Shown here: positions 10,201 to 19,200 of the stretch, piece after piece | Layout of the letters: the number at the start of each line of letters is the position of its first letter | How positions within the stretch are numbered: the stretch's first letter is position 1 | Assembly (NCBI GenBank): GCA_044892525.1 | Contig: CM097885.1 | Span: 237,648,001-237,712,000 of the forward strand | Reading direction: 5' to 3' | Source: Schmidtea polychroa | Taxonomy: Eukaryota | Length of the DNA stretch: 64,000 nucleotides | Program-made: the position numbers and the translations under genes | Notes under the pieces: model-generated | Database searches by the model: none | Told to the model about the DNA's origin: nothing | What the model saw: the letters and a program-made list of their open reading frames with translations, nothing else

Positions 10201-13200
10201 TCGCCTGAATTATTGCTAAGGCTTCTCTTTCTGTGACCGAGTAATTCTTCTCGTGTTTTTTGAACGTCTTGCTATAATATCCGATGACTCTTTCTCTTTT
10301 CTCCTCATCCCATTGTCCTAGCACAGCTCCTGATGCGTATCCACTTGCATCAGTTGCTAATAAAAAAGGCTTTTTGAAATCTGGGTGGATTAAGATAGGC
10401 GAGGCTATTAGTTTATCTCTTAGCGATTCGAAAGCTATTTGCTGTTCCCTTTCCCACAGAAATGGAGTATCTTTTTTTGTTAGTTCTTGAATTGGTTTTG
10501 CGATAGTTGCATAATTTTTGATAAACTTGCGGTAGTATCCGCATAATCCCAGAAATTCTTGTACCTGAGTCACGGTTTTTGGTATCGGACAATTCTTTAT
10601 TTTCTCAACGTTTCTCGGATCTGGTTCTTTTCCTTTTGCCGACACAATGTGTCCTAAAAATGTGACTCTCTCCTTTGCCCAGTCGCATTTTGACGGTTTC
10701 AATTTCAGCTTCCATTGTTTCAGTCTTATGAATACGTTTCTGATGTCGATTAAGTGTTGCTCGAAAGTACCTGAATAAATTAACAGATCATCGATATACA
10801 CCATACATTGTTTGATCCCGTGTGTCACAAAGTTCATACATCTCTGAAACGAAGCAGGTGCGTTTGTTAATCCAAATGGCATCTTTTTAAACTGATATAA
10901 ATCTTTTCCGATGGTAAAGGCTGTCTTTTCTCTATCTTCCTCTTTAACTTTAATTTGCCAGTATCCACTCTTTAGATCTAAAGATGTAAAGTATGCTGCT
11001 CCATGCAACATCTGTAACATTTCGTTTATGTCTGGCAGTGGATATGTATCTCTTTTTGTTACTGCGTTCAACCTCCGATAGTCAATACAAAATCTCTGTG
11101 TGCCATCTTTCTTTTTGACCATTACCACTGGGAATTGCCATGGTGAGCAACTAGGTTCTATTACCCCAGCATCTAACATCTTTTGTACTTCTTCCTCTGC
11201 TACCGTTTTTTGTGCTTCAGCCAATCGATATGGTCTTAACGTTATGGGTGTCTCATCTGTTAATGGTATAATGTGTTGAGTTACATCGCTAGTACCCAAA
11301 TCCAAATCTGAAGCCGCAAAAATATCTTTAAACTCAATCAGTAGTTGTCTGAGTTGTTCCTTTTCGTCTTTATTTAGGAGTTCGCTATCGATGGTCCATA
11401 ATTCTTTTTCGTCTGCTCCCTCGCTTTTTATCTCCGGTAGCTCAATGTTCATCATTGGTGTGAGTTTTCCAAGTCTCTCGTTTTCGTAGATTACTTTATC
11501 TTCCTCATCAAAATTGGTGATATTGATGGGTATCTCGTTATCCTCATTTATACTGACAATTTCTCTTGCCAATGGCAGCTCCCTTCTCTTCTCGAATTTT
11601 TGACTTGGTTCAAATATCATATCTCCTTTGGCTTCGTTATCGACCTTGACATAACATATTGTCTGGGTACGTGCTGGTATTATCATTTTTTCGGAGCATC
11701 TCACTTCTGTTCTCATTGTGCATATCTGTCCAGTTTTATCTTTTAATTTCATGGAACTCAAATCAATCACAATTTCTTTCAATAATTCCGGCATTACATC
11801 TGTTCCAATTATACATGATACGCTTAGCTGTCTAATGACTGCGAGGTACGTTGTAACTTTAACCCCTTTATATTCAATCGTTGACCATACTCTTCCTACC
11901 ACCGCTATGGATTGTTTGCTGCATGTTATTACATCCATGGTTGTCTCTTCAATGCATGGCCATAGTCTGCCTGGTAGCATATTCATATTTATTGCCGAAA
12001 TATTTGCTCCGGTATCGATCATTGCATCCATTTCTATTCCGTTTACTTCGACCGTGATGGTTAATGATGGTCCGGCTGGTGTCTGCAATACCGCAATCGT
12101 TCGTGTCTCCACTTCTTGTTCTACACTTTTAGCCTGTTTGATCATCGTTGGATCCATTGCTGCCCAATTTGGTTCATAAGCTGTTGGATAAATGTTCGGT
12201 ATGGGTAATCTTCCGGTTCCCATTCTTATCCGTTCTCTCATTGTTCCTGGTCGTCGCATTGGTCCATTAGTTGGTGCTTGTAAATATGGGGTCTGTGAAT
12301 ACGGTGATCCCCATGGTTTCATTTTTTCGTTTTCCCAAGTGGCTGTATTTTTATTTATCAACATTGCTCCTCCTTGGTTATTATCATCGTCGTTGAAATC
12401 ATCATTGTCGTTGTCACTATCATCGTCTCGTCTGAGGTTCATCCACTTTTTCCACTTCCCGGTTCTTTTTGCTTTCTCTTGAGTTCTTTCTGCTTCTAAT
12501 CTCATTATCACTTTGAACTTACGTCCGACTTCTTCGTCTGTCCCTTTCATTTGCGTTAGTATTTTCAACAATCTTTTTATTCGATGAATATCCTTTGAGT
12601 GTCCATGCAACACCATTGTTTTCGCTAAGAACGGTAAGAATCCAATTGCAAGTTTCCAATTTACTTTTCTCTCGCGCTTATAGATGTCAAAACATGCTAG
12701 CATCTGGGTTAGTATTACTCTGACTATTTGTATTATCAGAATAATTCCGAGTATTCCTGCCATCATTTGGCCAAATACCAAAAATCGACCCCACATAGCC
12801 TTCATCATGTTTGCTGTTGCTTGTTGATAGTGACTTGGTGATAATAATAGCTCGTAATTTGGGCTCTCCCCATAATTATTTCCTCCAGAAATAGTCACTA
12901 TATTTGATAGGATCGCTTGTCTGTGTGCTGGGAATAACATGTGGGCCCTTGCTGATTCAAGATCTTTTGGTGTATATAATCCACTCTGTGATACGTCTAT
13001 CGGCTTGAACTCTAATTCTGTTGTTAGTTCCGTCAATCCAAATTTCTTGGGTGTCACTACGATTGTTTTACTTGGAAATTGAACCCATTGTCCATCTTCT
13101 TTTTCATACATTGGTCCATATGCATTACTGCAATTAAACAGATTTGGCTGAAACCCTACCGGGTTCATTATCCTAGTGACTGCTTGCACAAACCTGGGTT

Positions 13201-16200
13201 TACCTTCGTGAATAATTTCGAGTTCGTTTGCACACTTATCCCTTGGTATTGTAGGGTTTTCCGGCAATCTTGCCATTATCTTTTTGCATTGGTAGGTGTA
13301 CATCACTTCGCCCACGATTCGTCCGAAATATCCTTCCTGTAATGGTAGTAGTGGAATTGCGTTATCTGGATTTGTAATCGCCATTGCTAATTTTGTTCTC
13401 AATATTTCTTTGTTGAGCAGGCAATCGTTTCTTAACAGATCATGGTAGACTTTTTCCGTGGATGTTAATCCTCTGTGATATAAGAAATCCATCTTATTAT
13501 TAGCGTATAAATATAATTTGACATCCTTTTCGCTTAGTCTTCCGACTGCATTTGCTAGGGTTCTCCGCGACAAGTAGATCCCTTTATAATTGGTGCTGAT
13601 CACCATCTCATCGCATTTACTCACCATTTTGTTCTTTATGAACCTCATTCCTATTCCATCGTCTTTGGAGATTATCGCTGTGGGTGTTACTTCCGATTCC
13701 AATTTCGATGTTATTACGTCTTCCCTGAATCCTTTCCTTGCTCTCAATTCTTCCATCGCTCGTCTCTCTGCTTCTCCTTTTGGTTCACTGTACACTTTCC
13801 CTTGGATTTCTTCGAATATTGCTGTCTTGAGTAACATTAGTCGACATACTTTCTGATCTGCGTGGTATACCAGAGTTGACATTCCGGTTGAACATGATCG
13901 ATCTGATGCGAGACAGCTTGGGTATTTCTTCATTGCTTGCGTGTCAGGGTCAAAGTAGCCTTGATACTTTTCCAATTTAGCTTCGTAACTTTCTATTACG
14001 ACCACTCCACTAACCAGTTGTCCGTTCAAGGTGTATGTTCCTGTCTCACATGTTCCGTCTCCTTTAGTGATTCTGCCCGCCGTATATACGCGAGTCGTTT
14101 TTATTTTTCCTGGTTCTGCAGCGATTTCAATCCCTTGCCTTAAGTGGATTCTCCCTGATCGGAACCCTTCCTCGCATTCCTCTCTTGATAGTAATATTAC
14201 TGTCGATTCCAATCCTGGTTCTATGATTGTTGAGTGTGAGGATGAACCGCAGTGATGTGCGAATATCTTTCTGGTTACCGTACACTCTTGGACCATAGTT
14301 TTGATGAAATCTGCTTCTTGATATACGTTGTACGAGACTGATGCCATGACTGTTTGTAATTTTCTTGGGTTTGCCGCTTTACAGTCTTCCGTATCCTTTA
14401 ATGAATATTTCTCATGGATTTTTATGTTGTCGCAGTCGTATACTGCAAATGACTCCGTTCCTTTGATACACATCATCCATATCAATATCGTGGTTATTAT
14501 GGCATTCATTCCCTTTCGACTTGCTCTTGGGTCGTTTATATTGATTGTTCCTTCGAATTCAGTTAGCAAATCGCGTAACTTTGCTTGCATCATTTCCGTT
14601 TGATCTTTCTTCCCAGTTGATTCGATGAAGCTTCTCCATCCCCCTTGTTCAAGTATATATGGTTCTATTGATCGTTTAATTATTTCTGTTACTGTGAATT
14701 CGTAACCCGTTGCGTTATATTTTGGCATTCGTTTTTTATATTGACCGATAACGTTATATACTAAATATGCTAATCCCACTAAAAATCGATTTTGGTCCTC
14801 TGATCTGCTTAATAGATGTTCCACAATTAATCTGAGTTCCACGGGATCTTTTAACGTTAATCGAATTTTATTATCCATGATTTTCATTATTATCGGTTTC
14901 AATACTGCCCATAATTGTTTGGCTTCGGTCGGAATATTATCCTTCCTCATGACTCTTTTCACTTCTGGATTTGCTAATGCTAACATGTTGGCTAATAGGT
15001 CATTTATCCATCGTGTCCCTTGTTCTCGGACGCTTGTCTTCACTTTCACTTGTTTTACTAATGCACTTAGTTTATCCATTTTAGTTTTTACCTGCTCCAT
15101 TTGCGCCTGAACTTTGGATTTTGGTTCGATCTCTGCTTTATCTGTTTTTGGTCTTCCTCTTGTTCGTCGATCCATAGCTGTTCCGGTTTCTTTCCGTTTT
15201 GGCGGATTGTAAGTTGTATCTTTTGACGTGGTCGCTCCTGGATCTACTCTCCAGTTGCTCCATTCATCGGTTGTGGTTACATCTTTATTGGCACCTCTTT
15301 CCACGTTATCTAAATCCGTCTCGACTTCCGTCGTTTCCACTGGTTGTCTCTGCGCGCATACAAATCCATCTAAATCATCAGTTGTCGGTTCACCTTCGTC
15401 GATAAATAGGTCTCCTGATTGCGATGCTCTCATAATCTCGCCTGCTTCTACTATCTCTTGTAATTCATCCAGTATTTCGTCTTCTCCCGTTGTTTCGATC
15501 GTCACTTCACTAACCGCATTTGGAACTTCTGGTGTGTCCAAACTTCCTGGTTGTTGGGTGGATGATTTTTGCTTTATCTCTCTTCTCCTTAATTCTCTAC
15601 CTGCAATTTTACTCACCGTTAATCTGTTCACAATTTCTCCTTGGAGTGGTGTCACACCGATCTCAATATCGTCGTCTAATGATCGTCCCTCGTGTTGTAA
15701 GTGGAATGGGAGTTCATAAGGTATTCTCTTTTTAACTTCTCTGACTTTAGCTGTCGTATAGAATTCCTTTTCCATTGGTTCACAATCTGGCATGAATATT
15801 TTTAATTGATATTTCTCAGGTGAGTTTTCGGCCCACTCTTGTTGTTTCCATTTCCGGATGATTTCACCAAATTGTTCAGGGTACCATACGTATACCCGTC
15901 GATATTCTTCAATCGCTTTAACGATCTTTCGTAGATTTTGAATCCTTTTGCATGATTCGGCTATCCATTTTGCTAGTTCTACCACCGCTCGTCGACGATT
16001 TTTCGCCCCGTTTTGTAATATCTCCATCAACTCCTTACATTTTTGTGCTTCCAACAATGTTGCTGCTTCCTCCTCATCTGCATCTGCGTCTATTGGTAGA
16101 TGTCCTGAATCAGACACTCTTCTCCTCATCATACAGATTCTCGGTTGATTTTCTGGTATGTTCAGTCGTTGGTTCATTTCTTGTTCTGTTTCAACTTCTA

Positions 16201-19200
16201 CTCTGATCTGGATAGCATTGTTTTTCACAAATTTTGACTGCTCATTCTCAATGTAACTTAGACGTATTAATTTAGGTGTCCCAGAAGCGATATTTTCTGA
16301 TGTTGTTGGTCGTTGATAGCAGGCGCTCCTTGGATCTGGTTTCCATGTTTCTTTATGCATGTTAAGGCTATCTTTCAATGGTTCGATTGCTATCGTCACT
16401 TTTCTGCTAAACGGCCATGGTACCTTGTCGTCATAATTTCCTTTGCAGATGGCGAAGAATGCCGACACATAATTTCCTTTACCTATCCCGTCTCCGTTCG
16501 GGTATATTCGCAATTTCATCTTGTACTCACCTAATCCTGAGTAGAACGGTGGACTTACTAATCGTGTGATTTTCTCTTCCTTTGCTGATTTTATCTTTTC
16601 CATCCAATTCTCAATTTTCCACGTGAATGGTGCTAACCTTACCGGTTCTCGTATCTCCTCATCTTCTCCTGATGGTAATTCATTTTGGGATTCTTGTGGT
16701 AATATATCCTGGTAAGTATCGATCGGTTTCTCTCTTACCCATACTGCTGCGATCTCTTCGGGTATATTATCTATCCAATTTGGTTCCAACTTTTGCTGCT
16801 CCCAATCCCATCGAGCTTCACTTTCGATCCACACTTTTTTCCATGGTATCAGTTTGCAATCTTCGTCATTGAAGGCTGCTACTTTTAGTTTATCATCCTT
16901 TAGCCAATGGTTATAAATATCTATTATTCGATCCATCTTTACTCTCATCCCCCATTGGAATCTTTTAATTTGTTGCTCGGTTTTCGTGGCGTTTTTGTGC
17001 CCACCAGATGGTTCATCCATCGCGATTATATTGATGACGGCTCCATCTTCCCAGATTCCTAGTTCGTAAATTACAGTTCGGTCTCCTCTTTCTAGCATGT
17101 GCCGGTTGTACATTATTATCACATCTTCGATCATTCCATCCTCACTATTTTCTCGAGCTTTTTGGATGATCTCTTGATCTATGATTTGCACTAACTCGTC
17201 AACTTGGCAATCGGGATTAACTTCTATTATTTGTTTCTCTTCATTTGGCAACTTCACCTTTATTTTTATCGTTTCATGCTCGCATTTGGTTCTCTCGTAT
17301 TCTCCGTATTTAGATATCAATTCTGTCGCTCGTTTGTCTTCGAATCTCATGATTTCCGTGTCTCGTACGTCTTTAACGAATTGTTTCATTAGTTGTGGCC
17401 ATCTTTCTCTCAGTCTATTAATGTATTTCCTTGTCTGATCGATAGCTTGTTTGACTAAGATTATTTGATTTTCTTTCATTATTTTTCGTTCGATCTTTTC
17501 CAATTCTGGTTCCACTTCATTGTTAAACACTTGTTGGATTTTCTTGAACATTTCTGCTACCGAGTCGTCATCTCTGGTTTTCTCTAAGGTTAAGATGTTA
17601 GTTTCGTTTGGCCATATCATCGCATCTACCAAATGTATGCCCATTTTAACTTTGTAACCATCGACATATAATTGTTTATTTTTATGGCTCGTTCCCATTT
17701 TTTCCTGTACCCAGTTGTACAGTTCATCGGTATTTGTTCCTTTTAATTCAATAGTCTGTATCTGAATCTCGGGGTGTTGAATACTTACTTGATATTGATC
17801 TGGGCCTGCTTCCTTTAGTTTCTCTTTATATTTTGTTGCTAAATCTTTCCATGCTGCCGTTATTATACCTCCTTCACACTGGTATACTTGAGTTATAAAT
17901 TTTAAGCATTTTCTGTATGTTAACTCGTTGATGTAGCTCTCATTTCGCTCTATTTCTGTTACTGTGTCGAGAATTTCCTCGAATATCTCTTCTTCATCTT
18001 TTTCTATCATTGATTTCATGTCATCATTTTCACTCTCCTCACTACTTTGAGGTGTTTCACTGTTTGGAGGTGTTTTCGGTTCGTTATTTTCCTCACTTGA
18101 CTGAAATAATTCGCCTCCCAGGCTACTCACCTCACTTTTCTCATCTTCCTGATCCGTCTGATCGCTCCGCATTTGTCTCAGCATGTTTATTTTAGCTTTG
18201 GTATGTGGTTCCTTCTTTTCAAACCACTCATTTTTCCTGAACCAATGCTCTTTCACTTTTTCTTTTATTTGTTCCTCAGTTAATGTAGGATTTTCGTTTT
18301 TGATTCTGTCCTCGATTTTTTGTAGTAGTACCCTCTGAATTCGATTTTTTGTAACTATCTCATTGCTTTTTGGTTCGTCTTTACTCTCATCTCTCTTTTG
18401 TCTCCTTTCTTTCTCCTCTTTGGTAAATTCTTTAATCAATTGTATTTTCTCTTCACTGCTCAATTCTGTTCGTGGATCGATCTCATTTTCTTTTGTCGTT
18501 TTTATCTCCTTGTTTATTATCGGTTCACTCCCGTCGTTGTTAACACACTGCTCCGCAGTGTGCGATTCCTCTTTATTTGTTAATCTCATCATATTTATTC
18601 TTCCGGGATTCGCTTCCCGTTGTTTCCATCTTTCTTGAATTTCTCTGGCTTCCTCGTTTTGTAATCTTTGCCATTCGACTCGTTGCTGATCTTGTTGTTG
18701 CTTACTTGGTTGGTTCCGGATTTCCTCGGTGCTCTGCATCATGTTGATTCGTTGTTGTTGGTTATTAGTCGGTATTCGCAGGATCATATCTTTTAATTGT
18801 TCGATTTCCTGCATGAGGTTGATTTGTGTGTTCTGAACTGGATTGTTTGATCCTGGTTGATTTGGTTTGGTTCTCATCGTGCATTCTCTTGCCATGTGTC
18901 CAGGCTGATTACAATTGTAGCAGGTTCTGGTTCCTCCTCTGCTCATAGACATCATGGGTCCTCTGCAGACATTTTCCGTGTGGCCTCTTCTCCCACACTT
19001 TTGACACATCCTTGCTTTATAACATTCATTGCTCCAATGCCCTGGTCGTTGGCATATGTTGCACGTTCGATTGTTGATGTCGTTGTTCCTGAAATTATTA
19101 GTAAAATTTTGAATATTACCTCCATTGTTTTGGTTTCTTGTTTGTGGAGTTTTGAACAACTGTTGCGATCCTGGGATGAATTGATTCATTACTGGATTTG

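Noticed and set aside
11460..11710. dUTPase-like segment after the protease
   Set aside because: Beta-rich linker common in Gypsy pol; catalytic dUTPase motifs not visible
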